33,574 nucleotides of DNA, from contig QNAG01000001.1 in the NCBI GenBank assembly GCA_003641415.1, forward strand, positions 1 through 33,574, in the 5' to 3' direction. This document shows positions 1 to 8,495 of this stretch, piece after piece; position 1 is the stretch's first letter, and every line of letters starts with the position of its first letter. The notes beneath the pieces are model-generated. The model ran no database searches and had not been told where the DNA came from. It was given only the letters and a program-made list of their open reading frames with translations. The stretch is from Candidatus Zixiibacteriota bacterium (GTDB taxonomy: Bacteria > Zixibacteria > MSB-5A5 > GN15 > FEB-12). The translations under genes were made by a program, and so were the position numbers.

Positions 1-694
1 AGCTAATAACATGTTTTTTCATCTCCGGAATAGAACCGATAGAGAAGTGTTTAAGCCCGTCGTAGACGAAGTATTCGTATGCTTCGTCAGTAATGATCAT
101 AAGGTTATGCTGCAGGGCGATTGATGCCAATTTGCGGAGTTCATTTTCAGAAAAGACAGTACCAGTTGGGTTATTAGGAGAGCAGCAGATGATCGCCCTC
201 GTTCTGTGTGTGATTGCTTTCTCAATAGCATCGAAATCGAGGGCAAAGCCTTCTTCTTCGATAGTGGGAACTAATACAGGCTTTCCCGAAGCTATCACAA
301 CCTGCCGAATATGGGTAGAATATGTCGGAGTAAATAGAAGCACTTCATCTCCTGGATCAATTATCGCCATTATGGCAGCGGAGAGTCCTTCTATAGCACC
401 CACTGTAACAAGAATCTGCGACACATTTGCATTTATATTGTTGTCCCTTTTCAGTTTTTTAACAATTGCCTCACGCAGATTTACAATGCCGGCATTCTCG
501 GAGTATCCACCAACTTGTCCGTTCCTGATAGCCGAAATAGCGCCTTCTCTGATATGATCGGGAGTCCCTGAAGTTGGTTTTGCCCAGGAAAGAAACGCCA
601 CGTCATCGACTTCCTTAGACAATCTCGTCATTTCGTGGATTGCAGATTTTGGAATCTGCTTAACTCTATTTGATATCCTGATTTCCTCTTTCAT
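1..694 (-). CDS. Class I/II PLP-dependent aminotransferase (aspartate/aromatic aminotransferase-like). This is the N-terminal 231 codons; the C-terminus lies beyond the left window edge.
   Basis: My own translation of the minus strand from the ATG at 694 gives MKEEIRISNRVKQIPKSAIHEMTRLSKEVDDVAFLSWAKPTSGTPDHIREG...RAIICCSPNNPTGTVFSENELRKLASIALQHNLMIITDEAYEYFVYDG. The SPNNPTG and ITDEAY motifs are typical of fold-type I aminotransferases. The frame stays open to position 2. It is missing from the ORF track only because it has no stop codon inside the window. The listed + ORF 93..557 is its antisense shadow. Confidence 0.85.
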   Translation of the reverse strand, partial: MKEEIRISNRVKQIPKSAIHEMTRLSKEVDDVAFLSWAKPTSGTPDHIREGAISAIRNGQVGGYSENAGIVNLREAIVKKLKRDNNINANVSQILVTVGAIEGLSAAIMAIIDPGDEVLLFTPTYSTHIRQVVIASGKPVLVPTIEEEGFALDFDAIEKAITHRTRAIICCSPNNPTGTVFSENELRKLASIALQHNLMIITDEAYEYFVYDGLKHFSIGSIPEMKKHVIS

Positions 695-720
695 CCTGTT
701 ACCTTTCCCTATTGTTTTTC

Positions 721-746
721 TGTAACATCTATATATATAGGTTACA
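721..746. promoter_or_regulatory. Palindromic candidate operator TGTAAC-ATCTATATATATAG-GTTACA, 27 bp upstream of the aminotransferase start codon
   Basis: TGTAAC at 721-726 and GTTACA at 741-746 are exact reverse complements. They flank the self-complementary core CTATATATATAG. The element lies in the promoter/5'UTR region of the minus-strand aminotransferase. Its function is inferred only from symmetry and position. Confidence 0.3.
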
Positions 747-980
747 CATTAGAGCGGGTATATGGGTACACTTTTTTATTTTTTTACTCATTTTTTCTAT
801 ATTTATGTCTCTTTCGTTTTTTCCCCGTGTAAACGATTGGCTGGCTCACTTTTTATAGTGGGATAATTGGTTGTTGCGAAGGAGAAACTCTCTCAAAAGT
901 GCTGAACAATCCGATCAATGTTACTGCTAAGGCGATTAAAGAGGATAATGTTAAAGTGTTCTACCGGGATAAGATAAAGG

Positions 981-2117
981 TCAGATATTTGTAATACGGG
1001 GAAATTTAAAAATAAATGTGGAACCTTCGTTAACCTCACTCTGGATATCCACTGTGGCGTTGTGGTTATCCATGATGTTCCTGCAGGTCATCAGGCTGTA
1101 GCCGTGATTGTCTTCTTTGGTGGTGAAACGGCGTTGAAAGAGCTTGTCTTTAATTTCTGAGGTCATACCGATACCATCGTCTCTAACAGATAGAAGGATA
1201 CTATCGCCGTCAACTTTGGTACAGATTTCTATATGTCCCAGGTTGTGATCTGTCTTAGCAATAGCATCACCCGCATTTTGTAGAAGGTGTAACAGCATTT
1301 GGGATATCTGGTTAGAATCTAACTCAATCTCTGGCAAAGTATAGTCTATATTAGTGGAAATACTCGTACGAGAGAACATCTTCTGACCTGTGACAAAAGA
1401 TACAACTTCAGTTACCAGTTTATTGAGGTCGGTTTTACATTTTTCTGTCACAAGATTAGTGGCGCTTGTGAGATCGGATGTGAACTGCTCCATCTTGGAA
1501 ACGTTCGCTTTGATTTTACCGAGAAGTTCCTTGACCCGTTCAATGTTATTTTTTTTCATAGCCAGCTCAGCGAGTTCGGCGCTTCCGAGAATCAAACCCA
1601 GAATATTGTTCAGATCATGGGCAACCCACGAAGCCAACACTCCTTTCTCGGAGAGTTTTTCAAGATCGGAGAGATGCTGCTCGTTCTCTTTTTGTTCTGT
1701 GATATCACTAAGAATAACTATAAGATCAGACCGTGATTCTTCTCCAACTACAGCGCTGACTTTGTAGATACGTTGAGAATCTTCTGAAATGGCTGTCATG
1801 TTTCTGTGAAAAGTGTTCTTCATCCCATTCCTGATGGGTTTAATCTGCTTTGCCCAACCGTCAAAAGCAGAGTTGCAGAAGACCACTTCAAGTGGGGTAT
1901 TCTCCCACGATTCGTTGTTGGATAGGTCAGGGCAGAACAATTCGAGAATTTGACATCCGGCACGATTCACCTTTTTCAAAAGATTGTTTTCTCCGAAGAC
2001 GAACAACCCAATTTCAAGGTTATCGAGAATCTCAAAATAACTATCAGCAGGGGTTTGATTATTATGCGTGGGAATTTTCTCTGATGTCTGTTTCAATTGT
2101 GCTGTCATTATTTTCAT
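981..2117 (-). CDS. Soluble PAS-domain sensor histidine kinase (PAS + HisKA + HATPase_c)
   Basis: 378-aa ORF. The H-box is WVAHDLNNILGLILGSAELA. The ATPase region contains LLQNAGDA, VRDDGIGM and GYSLMTCRNIMDNHNATVDIQSEVNEGSTFIFKFP. I saw no hydrophobic TM segment. The ATG at 2108 (M4) has a GAGG 9 nt upstream and may be the real start. Confidence 0.9.
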   Translation of the reverse strand: MKIMTAQLKQTSEKIPTHNNQTPADSYFEILDNLEIGLFVFGENNLLKKVNRAGCQILELFCPDLSNNESWENTPLEVVFCNSAFDGWAKQIKPIRNGMKNTFHRNMTAISEDSQRIYKVSAVVGEESRSDLIVILSDITEQKENEQHLSDLEKLSEKGVLASWVAHDLNNILGLILGSAELAELAMKKNNIERVKELLGKIKANVSKMEQFTSDLTSATNLVTEKCKTDLNKLVTEVVSFVTGQKMFSRTSISTNIDYTLPEIELDSNQISQMLLHLLQNAGDAIAKTDHNLGHIEICTKVDGDSILLSVRDDGIGMTSEIKDKLFQRRFTTKEDNHGYSLMTCRNIMDNHNATVDIQSEVNEGSTFIFKFPRITNI

Positions 2118-2198
2118 CCTCGCAAGTTACTTTGTCGCAGAGCGGAACGCCGGTTTCCAAACTCAAGGTTGCATCTTTGCCGTGGCAATTGTCCCAAA

Positions 2199-2242
2199 AG
2201 ACACTGTTCACATTCCACGTAGACACTGTTCACGTTCCGCGT
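2199..2242. repeat. Two tandem copies of a 22-bp direct repeat (AGACACTGTTCACATTCCACGT / AGACACTGTTCACGTTCCGCGT)
   Basis: Read directly from the sequence: 20 of 22 positions are identical, and the copies abut at 2220/2221. The repeat lies about 90-125 bp upstream of the histidine kinase start on the minus strand. Confidence 0.8.
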
Positions 2243-2491
2243 AGGCTGGGGGCTTGTCTCCCAGCAATCGTCACATTCAACCAGGCGATGCCTGCGAGCG
2301 GAGTCGAGGGACGGCGGACGCAATGCCCACTGCTACGCAAAGTTAGAGAAAACCAATCTTATCCCTCCACGGCGATGAGCGACGAGATTCCACTTCTGGG
2401 ACAGCCTCCATGGGATAATCCCTATCCCTGTTTCTGTCCCTGTATAGCCTATATCGGTCGGTTGGCTTCTCCAGTACAGTCTAAAAATCTG

Positions 2492-3691
2492 TCAGGTAGA
2501 TTGCTTTGTCGGTCGCTTCATTTCTCTGGCCCGCTTGGCAATTTCTTTAATTGCCTCGATAGAGGCATTGATATGTTCATCGGTGTTAAACGGACCTATA
2601 GAGAAACGAACAGCCCCATTTATATCCACAAGACCAAGCTGTTTGTGAACCAGCGGGGCACAATGAAGACCAGTACGGGTGGCTATGTTGAAATCCACAT
2701 CCAGCATAATTCCTACATCACCAGCCTTAAGTCCTTCTACATTCATAGTTACAGTAGCTATGTGATTTTCCATACTATCGCAGCAATAGGTGATGACTCC
2801 TTCGGTTTGATGAAATCCGTCAATCAGTTTGCGGGCTAGTTTTGTCTCATGGGTATAAATGGCATCAATTCCACCGGCTTCTTCAATCCAGTCCAGTCCT
2901 GCCATAAGCGAAGCTATCCCAACCATATTGGGTGTACCGTACTCCATGCGGTAAGGATACTCGTCGGGGTGGAACGGAAAAGCTGACTGTGTACCGGTGC
3001 CACCACTTCTGGTATGACGAATATCAAGATGTTTCCGCACACATATACCACCAATACCGGTCGAGCCCATAAGTGATTTGTGGCCGGTAAAAGCCAGCAC
3101 ATCGATATTCATTTCCTTCATGTTAATTGGAACCATGCCGGCCGTTTGGGAAACGTCAATAGCAAATGTAACACCAGCCTCTCGGCAGATTGCGCCTATC
3201 TCGGCTACCGGCTGAACAGTTCCGAGAACGTTTGAACCATGGTTTACAATAACCAGCTTCGTATTTGATTTGATAGCTTTCTTGATGTCATCCGGTTCTA
3301 CGAAGCCCTGTTCATTGAAGGGAACATACGTAGCCCGGACACCATTATCACGCACTAGATGGTTGATTGGTCTAATAACCGAGTTGTGTTCGAGATTGGT
3401 GGTTACAACATGATCCCCTGATGAAAGGAGTCCCTGTATAATCAGGTTTAGTGCTTCAGTGGCGTTGTAACCAAAGCATAATCTCTCGGGAGTATCCTCA
3501 TCGCCGCCAAAGAAGGAAGTTAACCGCTTGCGGAGGTCCTCGATTATATTGCCAGCCTCGACAGCTTTATTGGATTTGCTTCTCCCTGGGTTAACACCAC
3601 AACTGCGATAGAACTCCACCATAAATTTATAAACATTGTCCGGTTTGGGCCAGGAGGTGGAAGCATTGTCAAGGTATATCAGTTTATCCAT
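2492..3691 (-). CDS. Class V aminotransferase / cysteine desulfurase family PLP enzyme (NifS/CsdA-like)
   Basis: 399-aa ORF. The N-terminus YLDNASTSWPKP, the HNSV motif and FTGHKSLMGSTGIGG (PLP-lysine context), followed by RTGLHCAP near the C-terminus, are typical of the cysteine desulfurase family. A GGAG RBS lies 7 nt upstream of the ATG at 3691. Confidence 0.9.
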   Translation of the reverse strand: MDKLIYLDNASTSWPKPDNVYKFMVEFYRSCGVNPGRSKSNKAVEAGNIIEDLRKRLTSFFGGDEDTPERLCFGYNATEALNLIIQGLLSSGDHVVTTNLEHNSVIRPINHLVRDNGVRATYVPFNEQGFVEPDDIKKAIKSNTKLVIVNHGSNVLGTVQPVAEIGAICREAGVTFAIDVSQTAGMVPINMKEMNIDVLAFTGHKSLMGSTGIGGICVRKHLDIRHTRSGGTGTQSAFPFHPDEYPYRMEYGTPNMVGIASLMAGLDWIEEAGGIDAIYTHETKLARKLIDGFHQTEGVITYCCDSMENHIATVTMNVEGLKAGDVGIMLDVDFNIATRTGLHCAPLVHKQLGLVDINGAVRFSIGPFNTDEHINASIEAIKEIAKRAREMKRPTKQST

Positions 3692-4040
3692 AAGTCACTC
3701 CCTATGTTGCTGACTGGCATTTTGTGTGTCGTTAAGTTATTGAAATCTCAACAAGTCTTATCGGACACGGCCAATTTTAAAAGTAAGGTAACCGGCGGTC
3801 TCTCTCCGATTGAACCAAACGTTATTGTCATCAACAGGGCAACTCAATCACCAGTTGCCCAAATCACCCTGACAAGATACAATAATAGATTGATATGTCA
3901 ACCGAAGGGGGACAGAGATGGTGGTTTCAACTCTTACCCATTGTTTTGTTCTGAAATTAATGCTTGCAAGTATCACTCTCGATTTGGTTATTTCATTTTT
4001 GTGATTCTGTAAAAGAGGTAACTCAAAGTTGGAGTAGTTT

Positions 4041-4571
4041 ATGACGACCAAGTGTGCCAGGGATATAATGATTCCCTTGAACAAATATCCACATATTCCA
4101 TATTGGTTTACATTACGACAGGCAGTAGCTGAACTTGAAAAAACATCTCTGGAAATAAATGGTCTCAAATCTCTACCACGAGCTTTACTGGTCTTTGACG
4201 AAAAATATCTTCTGCTGGGTATTGTTAGGCGACGAGATATCCTCCGAGGCCTTGAACCAAATTTTCTTCGTCATCTGTCTGTTTCCGAAAAACACAGCTC
4301 AATGGATATTAAAATAGACCCCAATCTAATAGAGATGTCTTCCTGTTTTGATTCTCTTTCTAAGGCTATAAAGAAACAGGCTGATGTAGTTGTCAGTGAA
4401 GTTATGCAACCAATCGTTGCTACTGTTAACGCCGATGATCACCTTGCCAAAATTATCTACATCATGATCGAACAAGACTTGAATTTGATTTCGGTGTTGG
4501 AAAATGAAAAAGTCGTTGGGGTAGTTTGCAGTGTGGGAGTTTTTCACCAAATAGCCAATGTTCTCCTATAA
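4041..4571 (+). CDS. CBS-pair domain protein
   Basis: 176-aa ORF with two CBS-like modules (ARDIMIPLNKYPHIP...LLLGIVRRRDILRGL and VSEVMQPIVATVNADDHLAKIIYIMIEQDLNLISVLENEKVVGVV). A GGAG RBS lies 7 nt upstream. The stop is 43 nt before the permease gene. Confidence 0.85.
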   Translation: MTTKCARDIMIPLNKYPHIPYWFTLRQAVAELEKTSLEINGLKSLPRALLVFDEKYLLLGIVRRRDILRGLEPNFLRHLSVSEKHSSMDIKIDPNLIEMSSCFDSLSKAIKKQADVVVSEVMQPIVATVNADDHLAKIIYIMIEQDLNLISVLENEKVVGVVCSVGVFHQIANVLL

Positions 4572-4614
4572 TCAGAAACTATCACAAAAATAAAAGCCTA
4601 TTTGGAGAAATTCC

Positions 4615-6150
4615 ATGCTAAAACGACACCTTTCACCTGGTGATAGCGGAGGTAAAACAGGCGATCTTAGTGTTATACCTGACAATATTTATATAGCTGG
4701 TAATAGGCGTACCATTGACTGGAAAAGAATTGGATTTATGTCGCTTGGGATTGCCTTGTTCTGTATTGTATATTTCTCACCTGCCTGGCCTGATGCTGTC
4801 GATCCTAATGGAGAAATATTTGAACTTTCAACCCAAGGCAAAGCGGCTCTCGGGCTTTTTTTACTAGCCGCTATCTGGTGGGTTTTCGAAGTAGTTCCTA
4901 TTGGTGTAACAAGTATTTTAATTGGAATAATCCAGTGTCTTTTTCTAATCCGACCTGCCAAGGTAGCGTTTGGGGATTTTATGGACCCTTCGGTATGGTT
5001 TATTATAGGATCCATTGTCATTGGCATGTCCTTTTCTAAATCTGGATTAACCAATCGTATGGCTTACAAAATGCTCACGATGTTTGGAGAGAAAACCAGC
5101 CGAATATATCTGGGTACTTTCATCATGACATTTGTGCTTACACTCATCATGGCGCATACGGCAGTTGCAGCAGCCCTGTTTCCATTGCTGTCTACAATTT
5201 ACGCTCTCTATGAAACTGACGATAAACCCACAAAGTTCGGAAAGGGACTTTTCATCGGGATGGCATTTGTAGCTGGGGCAGGCAGTATCGTAACGCTGCT
5301 CGGTTCAGCTCGCGGTGCAGTGGCGATCGGGTTTTTCGGCGATATCGTGGGACGTGATATTGGCTTCTTTGAGTTGTCCTACTTCATGGCTCCAGTCGGA
5401 ATAGTGATGACTTTCCTGCTGTGGGGATTTATCATGGTGTTCTTCAGACCAGAGCATAAAACTATTCCCGGTTTAAGAAAAAGTGCTTCATCGCTAAGTA
5501 AGAAATTGGGACCCATGTCGAGGACAGAGTCGATGACGCTTACTATCGTTGCACTCACAGTTCTTACTCTCAGTTTTAGATCTTTCATCCCGGGTCTTGA
5601 AAACCTTGACAAAAGTGCCATCATTTTAATATCGACTGTACTTTTCTTTATTTTCAAGATATTGACTATCAAGGACCTTGAGCTTATCCCATGGAATATC
5701 ATCCTGCTGTTCGGCGGCGCAATGAGTATTGGTTTCTGTCTGTGGGAAACCGGCGCTGCGAACTGGATGGCTATCAGTTGGTTGGGATTTTTCGAAAGCT
5801 CACCATGGTTTGTGTTTGTCTTGGGAGTGTCGTTTTTTGTATTGCTCACAACCAACATCATTATGAATGTAGCTGCTATCGCTATTGTGCTTCCGGTAGC
5901 GTTAGTTATTGCCCCCTATTTGGGAGTTGCACCTGAAGTTGTCCTGTTCTCCTGTTTAGTTACAGCCGGTATGCCATTTCTCTTTCTTGTGGGCGCTGCA
6001 CCAAACGCTATCGCGTATGAGAGTAAACAGTTCTCAAGCGGAGAGTTTTTCTTTACCGGAATCCCAGCCAGTGTGATACTAATGGCAGTGTTGGCTTTGT
6101 TTGTGGGTATTATATGGCCTATAATGGGAATGCCAGTGACAATAAACTAG
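4615..6150 (+). CDS. SLC13/DASS-type (ArsB/NhaD superfamily) anion:sodium symporter
   Basis: 511-aa polytopic membrane protein with more than 10 hydrophobic segments. The C-terminal hairpin-type motif VGAAPNAIAYES and the overall layout resemble DASS/SLC13 permeases. A GGAG RBS lies 9 nt upstream. The substrate cannot be inferred. Confidence 0.78.
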   Translation: MLKRHLSPGDSGGKTGDLSVIPDNIYIAGNRRTIDWKRIGFMSLGIALFCIVYFSPAWPDAVDPNGEIFELSTQGKAALGLFLLAAIWWVFEVVPIGVTSILIGIIQCLFLIRPAKVAFGDFMDPSVWFIIGSIVIGMSFSKSGLTNRMAYKMLTMFGEKTSRIYLGTFIMTFVLTLIMAHTAVAAALFPLLSTIYALYETDDKPTKFGKGLFIGMAFVAGAGSIVTLLGSARGAVAIGFFGDIVGRDIGFFELSYFMAPVGIVMTFLLWGFIMVFFRPEHKTIPGLRKSASSLSKKLGPMSRTESMTLTIVALTVLTLSFRSFIPGLENLDKSAIILISTVLFFIFKILTIKDLELIPWNIILLFGGAMSIGFCLWETGAANWMAISWLGFFESSPWFVFVLGVSFFVLLTTNIIMNVAAIAIVLPVALVIAPYLGVAPEVVLFSCLVTAGMPFLFLVGAAPNAIAYESKQFSSGEFFFTGIPASVILMAVLALFVGIIWPIMGMPVTIN

Positions 6151-6203
6151 CCGGGCATATAACAAATTGTGCGAGGCCGTCTGAAGAATACTCTTTACAC
6201 TTT

Positions 6204-6236
6204 AAAAAGCTCCCCTGGTATTGAGGAGCTTTTTTT
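6204..6236. terminator. Bidirectional intrinsic terminator between the convergent permease and binding-protein genes
   Basis: AAAAAGCTCC-(11 nt)-GGAGCTTTTTTT. The stem AGCTCC (6208-6213) pairs with GGAGCT (6225-6230). It is flanked by an A-run on the left and a T-run (6231-6236) on the right, so it can terminate either strand. Confidence 0.75.
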
Positions 6237-6245
6237 GAGTGATTT

Positions 6246-7523
6246 TTATTGCTCTGCCAGCACCTGAAGCGGTTCGAGGTTGATCGACAAACCAGCCCGC
6301 TCCCGACGTTGATTCCATTCTTCGCGTGTTTCAACTATTGACGGTCCTGATACTCTTTCGAGAATCTCAAAGAAATCAAGCCCGTATCCATCTTTCAGCA
6401 CTTCGATCTGGGGTTTACCTTGAACAATATATACGGATTGCACACTCTGATGATCCCAGTTACGCCATTGTTGTTCATCCTTAAGCCATGAGAACCGACG
6501 TCCTTCAAGCGCTTCTATTACTCTGGGTGTTTCAAAGGAACCGGCCTGTTGTACTGCCGTTTGATATTCCATCAGGCAAGTGTATACATTGGCTGCAGAG
6601 GAACTCGGGTATCGGTTATACCGCGAGGAGAATTTCTCTACAAATGAAACCCCATCTCCATGATCGTATTGGTACGGAACGCGCCAAGTCCAATCGGTAC
6701 AACCTATAATTCCTTCCATGACTTTTGCGCCTGCAGCTTCAGCAATGTTCAGAGTCACCACTGGAGCAACAACCTGCATTTGCTCCTTCATTCCTTTTGA
6801 AGAGATCATTTTCAGACTGGAGATCATGTCAGCTCCAAGCTGTACCAGAATAAGTGCATCAGGTTTGCTCGCTTGTGCATTTTGCAGAACATTCTTAAGT
6901 TCCTGCTCGCTTATGTCTGGCCGAACCAGAAACCTTTTGTGTACAATTTCATCCTGAGTGTCAGTGAATTCCCTGAGATATGTCTCTATTGTCCATCCCC
7001 AGGTGCAGTCAGTAACAAGATAGCAGAGCCTCTTTCCAGAGAAATGTTTACTCAGGTAACCAGCAGTGGTTTGAGCAGCCATCCATGGATTAAAACCCCC
7101 GTTAAATGAATATCGGTGTGTTTTCTTACCACCATCTGCATTGGCAAATGAAATTGGCGCCATAAACACAACGCTGCTTCGCTGGCACAAATCAGCAACG
7201 ACACCGTTAGCTTCACCGGATACACCACCAATAATCATTTTGACCTTTTCTTTTCTGACAAGCTCAATCATGCTGTTGGCTGATATATCAGCCCTTGAGC
7301 GCGAATCCCGTGCAATTAACTCGATTTTTTTATCAAGGATTCCACCATCGGCGTTGATTTCCTCTACCGCTATCATGGCAGCCCGCCATTCATCCGGACC
7401 ATAAACAGAGTACTGACCGGATTGAGGATAGATCATGCCGAGTTTGACGGTTTGCTCGGCTCCTACAGCCGTGCCAAGTGCAATCAATACAGCGACAAGA
7501 CTGATTATACTTACTGTCTTCAT
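6246..7523 (-). CDS. Periplasmic substrate-binding protein, LivK/branched-chain amino acid-binding (Peripla_BP_6-like) family
   Basis: 425-aa ORF with the signal peptide MKTVSIISLVAVLIALGTAVGA. The mature N-terminus VKLGMIYPQSGQYSVYGPDEWRAAMIAVEEINADGGILDKKIELIARDS is typical of type I (LivK-like) binding proteins. A GGAGG RBS is present upstream. Confidence 0.85.
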   Translation of the reverse strand: MKTVSIISLVAVLIALGTAVGAEQTVKLGMIYPQSGQYSVYGPDEWRAAMIAVEEINADGGILDKKIELIARDSRSRADISANSMIELVRKEKVKMIIGGVSGEANGVVADLCQRSSVVFMAPISFANADGGKKTHRYSFNGGFNPWMAAQTTAGYLSKHFSGKRLCYLVTDCTWGWTIETYLREFTDTQDEIVHKRFLVRPDISEQELKNVLQNAQASKPDALILVQLGADMISSLKMISSKGMKEQMQVVAPVVTLNIAEAAGAKVMEGIIGCTDWTWRVPYQYDHGDGVSFVEKFSSRYNRYPSSSAANVYTCLMEYQTAVQQAGSFETPRVIEALEGRRFSWLKDEQQWRNWDHQSVQSVYIVQGKPQIEVLKDGYGLDFFEILERVSGPSIVETREEWNQRRERAGLSINLEPLQVLAEQ

Positions 7524-7777
7524 TATCTTAACACCTCCAATTACTCATAAGCTTCCCTCCTGGGCACAGAAGCGATTATTGTATACCTAAGTATATGTCG
7601 GTTGGATAAAACCTGAGATTACAAAACGGCTACAAGGCACGTAATTCAAGTGGTAATGTAGTCCAATATGTGCAGGAATTGAACAATATTTAATTTCTTA
7701 TCCACGATGTATGGAACCCCTATTTCTAAAGGTAAGTTAATGTAGATAGAAAGTTAACGCCAATTGACATTACTCAC

Positions 7778-8242
7778 CTAAGGCTCAACTGAAACATGAT
7801 TCATAGGCTTAAGCTTATTCCGTCGGGGATGTTTTACTGAGGGGATAAAAAAATCTCTACCCTCCGGACGTCGCATGCGGATAGTGTAATCCTGGCAAGC
7901 TCGGCATCGGCGTATTTTGCCTAAAGAATCGACTTTGATTCTACGACGTGGTTTGTGGTTGGGGGCGTAAATGGCATTGCCGACAATCTCAAATCCCTTG
8001 GTAACGTCATTATCATCTATCCATTTTACTCCCTCAGTCACTTCACCAGTCTCAGAGTCATAGAGTGTAGCTCCTGGACATTCGATAAAGACTTGCTCTT
8101 CGGTCGATATATCATCAACGAAAATATCAGTCGTATCAATAGCTCTGGGGTTGCACTTGGCGCAAATCCAAATCCCTTTCTGACGAATAAGAGGCCGACC
8201 ACAGTTAATGCAAACCTTCCGGTCAACAGATTCCTTTTCCAT
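7778..8242 (-). CDS. Uncharacterised 154-aa Cys-rich (zinc-ribbon-like) protein with a basic C-terminus
   Basis: The N-terminal CINCGRPL-x10-CAKC resembles a zinc ribbon, and a second CRAC pair lies near the C-terminus. The tail is Arg/Lys-rich (HKPRRRIKV, RMRRPEGR, KHPRRNKLK). A GGGAGA RBS lies 5 nt upstream of the ATG at 8242. I recognised no family. Confidence 0.7.
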   Translation of the reverse strand: MEKESVDRKVCINCGRPLIRQKGIWICAKCNPRAIDTTDIFVDDISTEEQVFIECPGATLYDSETGEVTEGVKWIDDNDVTKGFEIVGNAIYAPNHKPRRRIKVDSLGKIRRCRACQDYTIRMRRPEGRDFFIPSVKHPRRNKLKPMNHVSVEP

Positions 8243-8307
8243 AATATCTCCCGATGTTTACGGCGAGTTAGAATCGTCTACGTTTTGTTTGTTTCATTTG
8301 GTTTCTT

Positions 8308-8323
8308 TGCAACAAGTTTGCCA
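8308..8323 (-). promoter_or_regulatory. Sigma54 (-24/-12) promoter in front of the zinc-ribbon ORF
   Basis: The minus strand reads CTGGCAAACTTGTTGCAAAG, i.e. TGGCA-N6-TTGCA. The GG and GC are separated by exactly 10 nt, as in the consensus TGGCAC-N5-TTGCW. The site is intergenic, in the correct orientation, and about 65 nt upstream of the ATG at 8242. Confidence 0.65.
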
Positions 8324-8495
8324 GGACAAGCTATCTTTGGTTAATCCTATGGCAGAACGTAGGTTAGCTAATCTGCCCTTAGATTTTTTGGGAGTCCAGA
8401 TGCTAAATAATGGGGGATGTCGGCTATTGATTGATGGGGCAATCCACTCTATAATACTGTATAAGCAGGTTATTCCCCTGAAAGAAAATAGAGTG

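Noticed and set aside
93-557. 154-aa plus-strand ORF at the left edge
   Set aside because: It lies entirely antisense to a clearly recognisable aminotransferase reading frame (SPNNPTG, ITDEAY motifs). Its sequence is low-complexity and Ser/Ile/Ala-rich, so it is a shadow ORF.
2114-2323. 69-aa CxxC...CxxC ORF upstream of the kinase as a real small zinc-ribbon gene
   Set aside because: I did not call it as a feature. It has a TTG start and no RBS, and the 22-bp DNA repeat is read in two different phases inside it. It is kept as an open question in the finding for 2118-2491 rather than fully dismissed.
1850-2839. 329-aa plus-strand ORF spanning the kinase start, the GC-rich spacer and the cysteine desulfurase 3' end
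   Set aside because: It is antisense to two well-supported genes at both ends. It has no RBS, and its composition is Arg/Ser/Cys-rich as expected for an antisense frame. Its openness across the spacer is probably chance in GC-rich sequence.
3704-4168. Track ORFs 3704-4012 (+) and 3848-4168 (-) in the divergent promoter region
   Set aside because: Neither has an RBS, and they overlap each other. The minus-strand one runs into the CBS gene in antisense, and I recognised no motifs in either. I treat them as non-coding.
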